Assembly: GCA_944371995.1 (NCBI GenBank)
Contig: CALVYD010000004.1
Span: forward strand, 11,077-75,076
Origin: an uncultured Bacilli bacterium
GTDB taxonomy: Bacteria > Bacillota_I > Bacilli_A > RF39 > UBA660
Direction: 5' to 3'
DNA length: 64,000 nt
In this document: positions 18,693-27,197 of the stretch, piece after piece
Position numbering within the stretch: position 1 is the first letter of the stretch
How the letters are laid out: each line of letters opens with the position of its first letter
Program-made: the position numbers and the translations under genes
The notes under the pieces: model-generated
What the model saw: only the letters and a program-made list of their open reading frames with translations
What the model was told of the DNA's origin: nothing
Databases searched by the model: none

Positions 18693-19901
18693 ATGGGTTT
18701 AATTAAAGCAGCAGTAGGTGCGGTTGGAAGTACGTTACATGATCAATGGAAAGAGTATATTCGGTGTGATGATTTAGGACAAGATATTTTGATGAAGAGA
18801 GTATCTACTCCTAATGGTATTATTTCAAAAGATAGTGGTATTCAGGTAGCACCTGGACAGATTGCTGTTATTTTTCAAAATGGTCAGATCTTAGATGCTA
18901 CGGCAGAAGAGGGCATTTATACATTTGATCAATCTACTTCTCCATCTTTCTTTGCTGGACAATTTGGTGCTGTATTTAAAGAAATGTGGACTAGATTTAC
19001 TTATAATGGTGGAACTTTTAAAGAACAGGCAGTATTTTATATTAATGCTAAAGAAATTATGGATAATAAGTTTGGTACTCCTGCTCCTATTCCATTTCAA
19101 GATTGGTCTCATCCTATTCCAAATCAAATGACTGGAACGATGAGTCCATTACGAGTTGAAGTTAAATGCTTTGGTAAGTATACATTTAAAATTACTGATC
19201 CAGCAGTATTTATGTCTCGCATTGCTGGTACAGCTGATGAGTATCGTAAAGATGAATTATGTGAACAGATGAGATCTGAAGTTATTGGTGCATTCCAAAA
19301 TGTCTTAAATGAACTTGGAACTTCTGTACATAAGACTCCAGTACTAGAGTTACCTAGTAGAACAGATGAAATTAAAACTGTTATGGATGAGAAGGTATTT
19401 GATCAACCTATCCGTGACCGTGGTATTAGTTTATTAGGATTCGTTGTTGAATCTGTTACTTTAGATGATGAGTCAAATCAAAAGATTGATAATTATGAAT
19501 TATCTTCTAATCAGTTTATGCAACAAGGAACACTTACTGGTGCTTATGCGAATGCTGTTCAAGATGCTGCTAAAAACGAAGCTGGTGCAATGAATGGATT
19601 TTTAGGTGTTGGTATGATGAATATGGCATCTAATGGTATGATTGGTGGAGCTGTTAATAATGCTATGAATCCACAGGCAGGTAGTGTTGCTGCTCAACCT
19701 TATGATCCATATGCAAATCAAGCTGCATCTCAATTAAATCAAGCACAGCAAGCAGCAAATGCAGGTAGTAGTCCAACCATAACTCCAGTTCAAGTACAAT
19801 CATCAACAGATACTACGGTGTCTCCTCAATTTTGTCCAAATTGTGGAAGTCCTTCTCAAGGTGGAAATTTCTGTACCAATTGTGGAACTAAATTAAAATA
19901 A
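18693..19901 (+). CDS. SPFH-domain protein with C-terminal zinc ribbon, YdjI-like
   Basis: MGLIKAA..DQWKEY, KFGTPAPIP, CFGKYTFKITDP; FCPNCG..NFCTNCG. Confidence 0.85.
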   Translation: MGLIKAAVGAVGSTLHDQWKEYIRCDDLGQDILMKRVSTPNGIISKDSGIQVAPGQIAVIFQNGQILDATAEEGIYTFDQSTSPSFFAGQFGAVFKEMWTRFTYNGGTFKEQAVFYINAKEIMDNKFGTPAPIPFQDWSHPIPNQMTGTMSPLRVEVKCFGKYTFKITDPAVFMSRIAGTADEYRKDELCEQMRSEVIGAFQNVLNELGTSVHKTPVLELPSRTDEIKTVMDEKVFDQPIRDRGISLLGFVVESVTLDDESNQKIDNYELSSNQFMQQGTLTGAYANAVQDAAKNEAGAMNGFLGVGMMNMASNGMIGGAVNNAMNPQAGSVAAQPYDPYANQAASQLNQAQQAANAGSSPTITPVQVQSSTDTTVSPQFCPNCGSPSQGGNFCTNCGTKLK

Positions 19902-19915
19902 TAAAAAGTCTACAT

Positions 19916-20863
19916 TCATTTTGAATTGTAGACTTTTCTTTTTTGATAAACTTTATCTAAATACATTCCATCTCTTAGTGCTTGACAGACACTTTGACAG
20001 CTTTGATAACTGTGCATTGTGTTTTCTTCTGTAAATGCGATATGTAGTTTTTTTCTTTCTTCTGGTTCTAATATCATAGTAGCTGCTGTTATAGATAATA
20101 GTATTGGCTTTAAGTATACATGTTCGTCAGGGTATTCAGTCAACTTTTTATCTGTATATATTAAGGCATCCTCAATACTTGCATGTAAATATTGTGCTAT
20201 GATTTCTTGGTAAGTACTGTTTACTAGATTTGTTTCTTGACAAAGGTCTAAACATCTTTGTCTACCACTTTTTTCAGGATGAGTAGGAAATTTAGTTAGA
20301 TATTCCTCTAGGCTTTTTTCACAATAGATTTCATTTAGATATTCTTCTAATAATGCAGATCTTCTGAGAGGGTCATTTGTATATTCTAATTCTTGTGATA
20401 ATAAAAATAAAAATGTTAAACTATAGTCTCTTTTTACTTGCCTTTCTATTTCTGCTATGTTTTCTTGTATTCTATCTACAATATCTTCTTGTAGAGATAA
20501 TATTGGATTTCTGATTGTCAGTTCATTAATATAATTAAGAAATCTACTTTTGATAAGATCCTTATTATACATCCCTATAGGTTCTCTTCTTAAGAAGTAA
20601 GAAAATCTATTTTCTAATTGATCTAATGGAATGTTATCTAAATCTAGTTTGTTATATAACTCTGTTTCTGAGTTTGATACTATATCTATATGTATTAATG
20701 TCTCATTTTCTTTTTTTAATGTCTCATTTTCTTTTTTTAATGTCTCATTTTCTTTTTCTTTATTTTCATCTATTTTTGCTATTAGCAATGTTTGGTATAA
20801 ATTATTTAATGATTCTGATCTGTTGATAATTTCTTGTAATATTTTAGTTTGTATTTGTTCCAT
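19916..20863 (-). CDS. Hypothetical helical protein
   Basis: 315-aa ORF with GAGGG RBS; contains 3x (K/E)KENETL repeat. Confidence 0.65.
   Translation of the reverse strand: MEQIQTKILQEIINRSESLNNLYQTLLIAKIDENKEKENETLKKENETLKKENETLIHIDIVSNSETELYNKLDLDNIPLDQLENRFSYFLRREPIGMYNKDLIKSRFLNYINELTIRNPILSLQEDIVDRIQENIAEIERQVKRDYSLTFLFLLSQELEYTNDPLRRSALLEEYLNEIYCEKSLEEYLTKFPTHPEKSGRQRCLDLCQETNLVNSTYQEIIAQYLHASIEDALIYTDKKLTEYPDEHVYLKPILLSITAATMILEPEERKKLHIAFTEENTMHSYQSCQSVCQALRDGMYLDKVYQKRKVYNSK
20695..20757. repeat. 21-bp tandem repeat, about 3 copies (in-frame KKENETL)
   Basis: TTAATGTCTCATTTTCTTTTT repeated three times. Confidence 0.9.
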
Positions 20864-20909
20864 AATATCCCTCTTTTTATGGATTATTATAGCATCTTTT
20901 CATTGATTT

Positions 20910-20938
20910 GTATATTTTTTTCTTTTTTTTACATACTA
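20910..20938 (+). promoter_or_regulatory. Putative SigG (forespore) promoter
   Basis: GTATA-17nt-CATACTA matches the B. subtilis SigG consensus. Confidence 0.55.
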
Positions 20939-20966
20939 AGAATGAAGTGTAAAAAGGGGACGAAAT

Positions 20967-21725
20967 TTGACAATGAAGGATAAATTTGCTAGAATATATA
21001 ACTGTCAGACAAACAGAGAGGTGTTATACATGTTTTATGATGAAAAACAAGCTCTTAAAGCTTGTGAAGATGAGCCATCCCTGATTTTTGATTTAATTAA
21101 AGAAGGATATTATCATTTAGTAGACGAGCTTATCTCTAAAAATAAGGTAGATATTAATACTGTAGATGCTGCTGGTAATGATGTTGTTGTTAGATTATTA
21201 AAAGCAAAACAATATGATTTGGTATTAAAGTTTCTTAGAAAACGTACTTGGCATGTAAATCATCAAAATTTAGATGGTAATACAATTGGTCATTTGTTAG
21301 TAAAAGATACATCTGTTCATGCATTGAAAGTTTTAGATCAACTTACTAAAAATAAAAAATATTTATTGAATATTAAAAATAAAAATGGGGAAACGGTGCT
21401 AGATAGAGCTATTCATAATCAATCTGCTTTTCCAGCACTTAAAATACTAGAAGAAAAAAGATTTAATAATATTGATGTATTGTCATTTAAGCAGTTATAT
21501 CAGTTATGTATTAAAAATAATTATTATGGTAAATATTCTAAACTAACAAATCTAGATAGTATAGTTGAAAGTTTAGAAAAAAAAGATGGTCTTGTTCCTA
21601 GTATGAGACAATTATTAGATAAGATTATTGATAATATGGAAGTAATTAAGCATGATTTAATGCAAAATAAATTTTCTGTATTAGATAATATGATTAATTC
21701 ATCTTTAGAAGAAGTTATTGTATAG
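20967..21725 (+). CDS. Ankyrin-repeat-like protein
   Basis: DINTVDAAGND, VNHQNLDGNTIGH, NIKNKNGETVLD repeats. Confidence 0.7.
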   Translation: MTMKDKFARIYNCQTNREVLYMFYDEKQALKACEDEPSLIFDLIKEGYYHLVDELISKNKVDINTVDAAGNDVVVRLLKAKQYDLVLKFLRKRTWHVNHQNLDGNTIGHLLVKDTSVHALKVLDQLTKNKKYLLNIKNKNGETVLDRAIHNQSAFPALKILEEKRFNNIDVLSFKQLYQLCIKNNYYGKYSKLTNLDSIVESLEKKDGLVPSMRQLLDKIIDNMEVIKHDLMQNKFSVLDNMINSSLEEVIV

Positions 21726-21810
21726 AGGGCTTTTCCTCTTTTTTAGTATAGAATTTATAAATTTGGTGTTTAGTGGTATAATTTGGTTACTTAATGTGAG
21801 GGGATGATGT

Positions 21811-22380
21811 ATGAAAAAAAATATATATAATACTTTGGGATTGACGAATGAGCCTATTAATCAGATGGTTGATATTTTAGATAAAATGGATTTAACTTCT
21901 GAAGAAATTGCTGAACGTATTGGAGATATGCGTGAGGTAATAAGAGCACAGATGCATGTTGTAGCATTAGGAAGTGATAATCAGGAATTGGCAGATAAAA
22001 TTGCTGCTGCTAATAATTTAATAAAACAAAAAAGAATTGATGCATTTAAGCAATCAGTTGCTGATGGCACTTATCCTGAGTTTTTAGCTAATATGTCATG
22101 GACAGAGAAATCATCTTTATCTGTAGATATGGGATTATTTAGACAAGGATTTTTGAATGAGAAGCCACTAACAAAAGAGGAACAGCAATACTATGATATT
22201 ATTGAGAATTCTATTGATAAAGATATAGAAAAGAAAGCATTAAGTGCAGGCTTTGATAGTGTAGAAGCTTGGCAGGAGCATAATGCAAAGCAATGTAGAA
22301 ATAAAGAATCGTCATTTCAATTACATTTAGCAAAGTCTAGGGATGTATTTCTTAATGGAAAAAGATGTAGGAAAAGATAA
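21811..22380 (+). CDS. Hypothetical protein
   Basis: 189-aa ORF with GAGGGG RBS; no recognised motif. Confidence 0.6.
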   Translation: MKKNIYNTLGLTNEPINQMVDILDKMDLTSEEIAERIGDMREVIRAQMHVVALGSDNQELADKIAAANNLIKQKRIDAFKQSVADGTYPEFLANMSWTEKSSLSVDMGLFRQGFLNEKPLTKEEQQYYDIIENSIDKDIEKKALSAGFDSVEAWQEHNAKQCRNKESSFQLHLAKSRDVFLNGKRCRKR

Positions 22381-22487
22381 CATCTTTTTTGTTATATAAT
22401 TATAATCTAAAGATATTTAGGGGAGATTTAAGTTTACTTAATTCTTATATTTTGGTATAATCTATGTTGTATTTGAGAGGTGGTTTT

Positions 22488-23903
22488 ATGCATTTACCTG
22501 ATTATAAAGAAGCTAGGAAAAGAGATATTAGACCTTATCATAGGGTAGAGTTTCAATTTGATGATAAAGTAAAAAATAAGTATCAAGGAAAGACTTTTTA
22601 TTTGAAAACTTATGGTTGTCAAATGAATGAGCATGATAGTGAAAATATTGAGGCGTTACTTGAGTTTTTAGGATTTGCTAAAGTGGATGATTATACTGCT
22701 GCAGATTTGGTGCTTTTAAATACTTGCTCTATTCGTGAGAATGCACATAATAAAGCTTTTGGTATGCTTGGTAGACTTAAGCATTTAAAACAAGAGAAAA
22801 AAGATTTAATTGTTGGATTGTGTGGATGTATGGCTCAAGAAGCTAGTGTTGTTGATACAATACTTCAAGATTATCGCTGGGTCAACTTTGTATTTGGTAC
22901 TCATAATATGTATCAGTTACCTGAAATTATTGATAAAGCAATTGAAGAGAATAAACAGCAGATTGAGGTTTTCTCTCGTGAGGGTGATTTAGTAGAAGGT
23001 GTTCCTGTGCGAAGAGTTAATGACTATAAAGCGTATGTTAATATTATTTATGGTTGCAACAAGTTTTGTACATATTGTATTGTTCCTTATACTAGAGGTC
23101 GTGAGAGAAGTCGTTTAAAAGAAGATGTGTTAAAAGAAGTACAAGAGTTAGTTCGTGATGGTTATAAAGAAGTTACTTTACTTGGTCAAAATGTTAATGC
23201 TTATGGTAAAGATATTTATGATGATTACACTATGGCTAACTTATTAGAGGATGTTGCTAAAATGGGAATTCCTAGAATTCGTTTTACTACTTCACATCCT
23301 TGGGACTTTACAGATGAAATGATAGATGTGATTGCTAAATATGATAATATTATGCCTAGTGTTCATTTACCTGTACAAAGTGGTTCTAGTCGTATTTTAA
23401 AACTTATGGGACGTAGGTATACGAAAGAAAGTTATTTAGAGCTATTTCATAAGATTAAAAATAAAGTTCCTAGAGTTAGTATTTCTACTGATATTATTGT
23501 AGGATTTCCTGGAGAGACGGAAGAAGACTTTTTAGAAACTTTAGATTTAGTTCGTGAATGTCAGTATGATAATGCGTTTACATTTATTTTTTCCAAAAGA
23601 GAAGGAACTCCTGCTTGTAGGTTAGCAGATCCTGTACCTTTGAAAGAAAAAGAAGAGCGTCTTCAGAGATTAAATGAAGTTGTTAATCATTATTTCTTAG
23701 AAAATAATAAGAGGCTTGTCGGATGCGAACTTGAAGTTTTAGTAGAAGGTATTTCTGATAAAAAACATATGTATTATGGTTATAGTGATACTAATAAGTT
23801 AATTAATTTTTCTAGTGAAAAAGAACTTAAGCCAGGTGATATTCTTATGGTAAAGATCGTGGATGCAAAAACATGGAGTTTGGACGGTGAAATGGTTGAA
23901 TAG
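22488..23903 (+). CDS. miaB: tRNA-2-methylthio-N6-dimethylallyladenosine synthase
   Basis: TYGCQMNEHDSE, NTCSIRE, GCMAQ, GCNKFCTYC radical-SAM motif, TRAM domain. Confidence 0.97.
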   Translation: MHLPDYKEARKRDIRPYHRVEFQFDDKVKNKYQGKTFYLKTYGCQMNEHDSENIEALLEFLGFAKVDDYTAADLVLLNTCSIRENAHNKAFGMLGRLKHLKQEKKDLIVGLCGCMAQEASVVDTILQDYRWVNFVFGTHNMYQLPEIIDKAIEENKQQIEVFSREGDLVEGVPVRRVNDYKAYVNIIYGCNKFCTYCIVPYTRGRERSRLKEDVLKEVQELVRDGYKEVTLLGQNVNAYGKDIYDDYTMANLLEDVAKMGIPRIRFTTSHPWDFTDEMIDVIAKYDNIMPSVHLPVQSGSSRILKLMGRRYTKESYLELFHKIKNKVPRVSISTDIIVGFPGETEEDFLETLDLVRECQYDNAFTFIFSKREGTPACRLADPVPLKEKEERLQRLNEVVNHYFLENNKRLVGCELEVLVEGISDKKHMYYGYSDTNKLINFSSEKELKPGDILMVKIVDAKTWSLDGEMVE

Positions 23904-24213
23904 GGCACTAGATGAAGTTGTTTCTGTTATTACTTCTAGCAGAGATTACCATATTTGTATAGAATTACAGGAGAAGATGAAGAAAAATCAAAATTTGATG
24001 GACTTAATAGATAAGTTAAAAGATGCCCAGAAAAGATATGTAAAAAGTAATTATGATAAAAGTATTAAGGATGAATTGGATTTGTTAGAAGAGAAGCTTC
24101 AACAAGTACCAATCTATGTATCTTATATGGCACACTTAGAAAAAGTAAATGATATGCTTTCTTATGTAGAAGATGACTTAAATCAGTATTTTTATCAATT
24201 ATTAAATTCTTAG
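23863..24213 (+). CDS. YlbF/YmcA (RicA-like) regulator
   Basis: Helical protein ending P....Y......VND.L; miaB-ymcA-cotE synteny; true start probably near 23890. Confidence 0.7.
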   Translation: MQKHGVWTVKWLNRALDEVVSVITSSRDYHICIELQEKMKKNQNLMDLIDKLKDAQKRYVKSNYDKSIKDELDLLEEKLQQVPIYVSYMAHLEKVNDMLSYVEDDLNQYFYQLLNS

Positions 24214-24215
24214 TA

Positions 24216-24258
24216 GAGAACTATAATGAAATAGATATTTCGTTTAGTTCTTTTTCTT
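24216..24258 (+). terminator. Terminator after the ymcA-like gene
   Basis: AGAACTA..GAAAT/ATTTC..TAGTTCT hairpin plus T-run. Confidence 0.6.
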
Positions 24259-24357
24259 TGGAAAAAGTGTGTTGCTGATTTTCTTTATATATCAACAAAA
24301 ATTATAAAGTTTAAATTAGACATCGACGTATATTTTGAAAGAAACAGTATAAATTTC

Positions 24358-24386
24358 TTGATTTTTTTCTTTTCAAATGGTATAAG
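24358..24386 (+). promoter_or_regulatory. Sigma-A promoter driving the CRISPR mini-array
   Basis: TTGATT-17nt-TATAAG with extended -10 TG; ends 7 nt before repeat 1. Confidence 0.65.
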
Positions 24387-24393
24387 ATAAGTA

Positions 24394-24633
24394 GTTCTAC
24401 ATTACCTATGAAGGCTTTGAAACTCAACTGTTTCTTCAACTTCTTCTACATCAATTATATTGTGTTCTACATTACCTATTGAGGATTTTAAGCTCTTTAA
24501 TGAATGCATTTTCTGCAACATATAATTTTGTTCTACCTTACCTATTAAGGCTTTGAATCTCCATTAAAGCTATAATCCATTCCGTCAAGTCCGTTGATAA
24601 CTAGTTCTACCTTACCTATTAAGGAATTTGTTT
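24394..24633 (+). CRISPR. Orphan CRISPR mini-array: four 30-nt repeats, three spacers (40, 36, 44 nt)
   Basis: Repeats at 24394 GTTCTACATTACCTATGAAGGCTTTGAAAC, 24464 GTTCTACATTACCTATTGAGGATTTTAAGC, 24530 GTTCTACCTTACCTATTAAGGCTTTGAATC, 24604 GTTCTACCTTACCTATTAAGGAATTTGTTT; GTT...GAAAC ends are typical of Cas6-processed class 1 repeats. Confidence 0.85.
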
Positions 24634-24640
24634 CAAAATA

Positions 24641-24675
24641 AAAGTCAAGGAGTAGTTGCTGTCCTTGATTTTTTT
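24641..24675 (+). terminator. Rho-independent terminator closing the array
   Basis: AAGTCAAGGA-10nt-TCCTTGATTT followed by T-run. Confidence 0.75.
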
Positions 24676-24689
24676 GTTGCTATTTTTGG

Positions 24690-24717
24690 TCAAATATATT
24701 AGTTTGCTGCATATATT
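24690..24717 (+). promoter_or_regulatory. Putative SigE-like promoter of cotE
   Basis: TCAAATA-13nt-CATATATT; cotE is SigE/SigK-driven in Bacillus. Confidence 0.55.
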
Positions 24718-24735
24718 AAGTTAGGAGGGGTAGTT

Positions 24736-25266
24736 ATGTCTAGTTATAAAGAAATTGTTACAAAAGCAGTTATAGGAAAAGGTAAAAAACTTTTTACTAC
24801 GGATAATACCATTAAAGTTAGTAATTTGCCTTCTACTATTTTGGGATGCTGGGTAATTAACCATAATTTTCAAGGTCAAAAAAATGGTGATCAAATTACT
24901 ATTACTGGTAGTTATGATGTTAATATATGGTATTCTTATGATCGTGATACGAAGACTGATGTTGTAAAAGAGACAAATCGTTATCAGGAAGTTGTTCGTA
25001 TGAGAAGCAGGGATGATAGCAGTGATAATGAAGAAATTATTGTTCGTAGTTTAAAGCAGCCTACATGTTCTAACATTACTATTGATGGTAATGACATTCA
25101 TTATACAATTGAAAAAGAACTTGGTATCGAGTTAGTTGGTGATGTTAAAGTAAAAATAGAGGCTGACGAAGAGGAAGACCCTTGGGATGAAATTGTTGAC
25201 GAGTCTCAAGATAATACTGTAACTGATGATATTGATGAAGATTTTATACAAGATAATACCATTTAA
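24736..25266 (+). CDS. cotE: Outer spore coat morphogenetic protein CotE
   Basis: YKEIVTKAVIGKGKK, PSTILGCWVINH, G.YDVNIWYSY; acidic tail. Confidence 0.92.
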   Translation: MSSYKEIVTKAVIGKGKKLFTTDNTIKVSNLPSTILGCWVINHNFQGQKNGDQITITGSYDVNIWYSYDRDTKTDVVKETNRYQEVVRMRSRDDSSDNEEIIVRSLKQPTCSNITIDGNDIHYTIEKELGIELVGDVKVKIEADEEEDPWDEIVDESQDNTVTDDIDEDFIQDNTI

Positions 25267-25335
25267 TGTCTTTGATAGCACTTATGAGTGCTATTTTTTT
25301 TAGTATGTGTTATCCTTTTAGTAAGGAGTGTTGTT

Positions 25336-25821
25336 ATGGGAAATAAAAAATATATATTTATTACTATTGGTATTGTTTTGGGAGTTTTTGCTTTTCTATT
25401 TTGGATATTTTTTGTGGTTATTTCTTCTCGTAGACCTAATTATACTTTTTCTCTTTCTAATGCCGGTACTGATTGTAGTAAACGGGAGTATTCTCTTTAT
25501 TATGAAAAGAATGATGTTAAGTACTATAGTGCTTGTTATGATAAGGTGAATGTTATAGAGGAGAAGTTTTTATTTAAAAAGACGGATGATATTAAAAAAT
25601 ATATTGATAATGGTCAGTTACTTTCTATTTTACAGAAGTTTGATATGGATAAATGGAAATATAGTGAAGGAGTACAAACAGATTATTACGTTTTAGATTC
25701 TTCAAAAAACTTAATTATTACTAGGTGTAGTACTGAAACTCGGGATACTTATTATTTTCATCGTGGTACTGATGGCTATTTTTGTCAGTATTTTGTGGAT
25801 TTTAATATTCGGCAAGAATAG
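25336..25821 (+). CDS. Hypothetical membrane-anchored protein
   Basis: AAGGAG RBS; N-terminal TM; Cys-containing extracellular part. Confidence 0.65.
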   Translation: MGNKKYIFITIGIVLGVFAFLFWIFFVVISSRRPNYTFSLSNAGTDCSKREYSLYYEKNDVKYYSACYDKVNVIEEKFLFKKTDDIKKYIDNGQLLSILQKFDMDKWKYSEGVQTDYYVLDSSKNLIITRCSTETRDTYYFHRGTDGYFCQYFVDFNIRQE

Positions 25822-25837
25822 TGTTATCAAAAAAAGG

Positions 25838-25866
25838 TTGACAGATAGCTTTTTTTTTATTATACT
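25838..25866 (+). promoter_or_regulatory. Sigma-A promoter of rpsP
   Basis: TTGACA-17nt-TATACT. Confidence 0.8.
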
Positions 25867-25896
25867 ATATTTGCATTTAAGAAATGGAGGGATATT

Positions 25897-26172
25897 ATGG
25901 CAGTTAAAATTAGATTAACAAGAATGGGTGCTAAAAAGAAACCTACTTATAGAATTGTTGCAACTGACTCTAGACGTCCTAGAGATGGTCAATATATTGA
26001 ATTAATTGGTACTTATGCACCTGTTGGAGAATGTAAGGTTAATATCAATGAAGAAGTAGCTTTAAAATGGTTAAATAATGGAGCTATTCCTACAGATACA
26101 GTTAAGAGTTTATTTACTAAAGCTGGTATTATGAAAAAGTTTACTGAATCTAAAGAAAAGAAGGATAAATAA
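25897..26172 (+). CDS. rpsP: 30S ribosomal protein S16
   Basis: [31 protein letters not shown]. Confidence 0.98.
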   Translation: MAVKIRLTRMGAKKKPTYRIVATDSRRPRDGQYIELIGTYAPVGECKVNINEEVALKWLNNGAIPTDTVKSLFTKAGIMKKFTESKEKKDK

Positions 26173-26174
26173 TT

Positions 26175-26423
26175 ATGGATTTAGTTCAGCTAACTGAGGA
26201 GATTGTTAAATCATTAGTAGTAGATCAAGATGCTGTTAGTGTGAAAGAGTTTCCTACAGAAGAAGATAATGTTATCTTGATACAAGTAATTGTTGCGGAA
26301 GCTGATATGGGAAGAGTTATTGGTAAAGGTGGAAGATGTGCTAATGCTATTCGTACTTTGGTTCAAGCAAGTAGTGCTTTAAAAGATAACAGGTATGTTA
26401 AAATTGATATTGATAAGTTTTGA
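26175..26423 (+). CDS. khpA: KH-domain RNA-binding protein KhpA
   Basis: DMGRVIGKGGRCANAIRT; directly after rpsP. Confidence 0.93.
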   Translation: MDLVQLTEEIVKSLVVDQDAVSVKEFPTEEDNVILIQVIVAEADMGRVIGKGGRCANAIRTLVQASSALKDNRYVKIDIDKF

Positions 26424-26486
26424 GAAAGCAATTTTGCTTTCTTTTTCTTTTGTCTTGTTATATAATATTTTTGAGGTAGAAGAATA

Positions 26487-27197
26487 ATGATGAATGATTT
26501 AGTGATTCCTAACCATATAGGTATTATTATGGATGGGAATGGTCGCTGGGCCAAAATGCGTGGACTTCCGCGTAGTGCAGGGCATAGAGAAGGTGCTAAT
26601 ACATTAAAAAAACTTTGCCTTTATGCTGAGAGTATTGGTTTAAAATACTTATCTGTTTATGCGTTTTCCACAGAAAATTTTAAACGTAATAAAATAGAAG
26701 TTGATTTTTTAATGAACTTATTTGTTGATATGTTTAAAAAAGAGTTTCAAGAAATTATGGATCGTCAGGTAAAGGTTGTTTTTTCTGGGCGTAGGGATCC
26801 ACTTCCTAAAAAAGTGTTAGAAGCTATGGATGAACTTACTTTCAAGACCAAGGATAATACTCGTACAGTACTTAATGTCTGTTTAAATTATGGTGGTCAG
26901 TTTGAGGTTTTGGATATGACCAAAAAAATTGTGCAACAAGTTCAGAATGGTAGTCTTAATGTGGATGATATTAATTTAGATACGATATCTGCTAATCTGT
27001 ATCAAGATTTACCACCGCTTGATTTGGTAATTCGTACGAGTGGAGAGTTACGTCTTAGTAATTTTATGTTATATCAAGCAAGCTATGCAGAATTTTATTT
27101 TCCAAAGATTCTGTTTCCTGATTTTTTAGAGAATGAATTTATGGAAGCAATCGTAGAATTTAATAAAAGAACTAGAAAGTTTGGAGGGAATGTATGA
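26487..27197 (+). CDS. uppS: Undecaprenyl diphosphate synthase
   Basis: HIGIIMDGNGRWA, YAFSTENF, IRTSGELRLSNF. Confidence 0.97.
   Translation: MMNDLVIPNHIGIIMDGNGRWAKMRGLPRSAGHREGANTLKKLCLYAESIGLKYLSVYAFSTENFKRNKIEVDFLMNLFVDMFKKEFQEIMDRQVKVVFSGRRDPLPKKVLEAMDELTFKTKDNTRTVLNVCLNYGGQFEVLDMTKKIVQQVQNGSLNVDDINLDTISANLYQDLPPLDLVIRTSGELRLSNFMLYQASYAEFYFPKILFPDFLENEFMEAIVEFNKRTRKFGGNV

Noticed and set aside
24424-24463. Possible self-targeting of spacer 1 (13-14 nt matches near 41314 and 60098)
   Set aside because: Short low-complexity GAA-rich matches are expected by chance in AT-rich DNA
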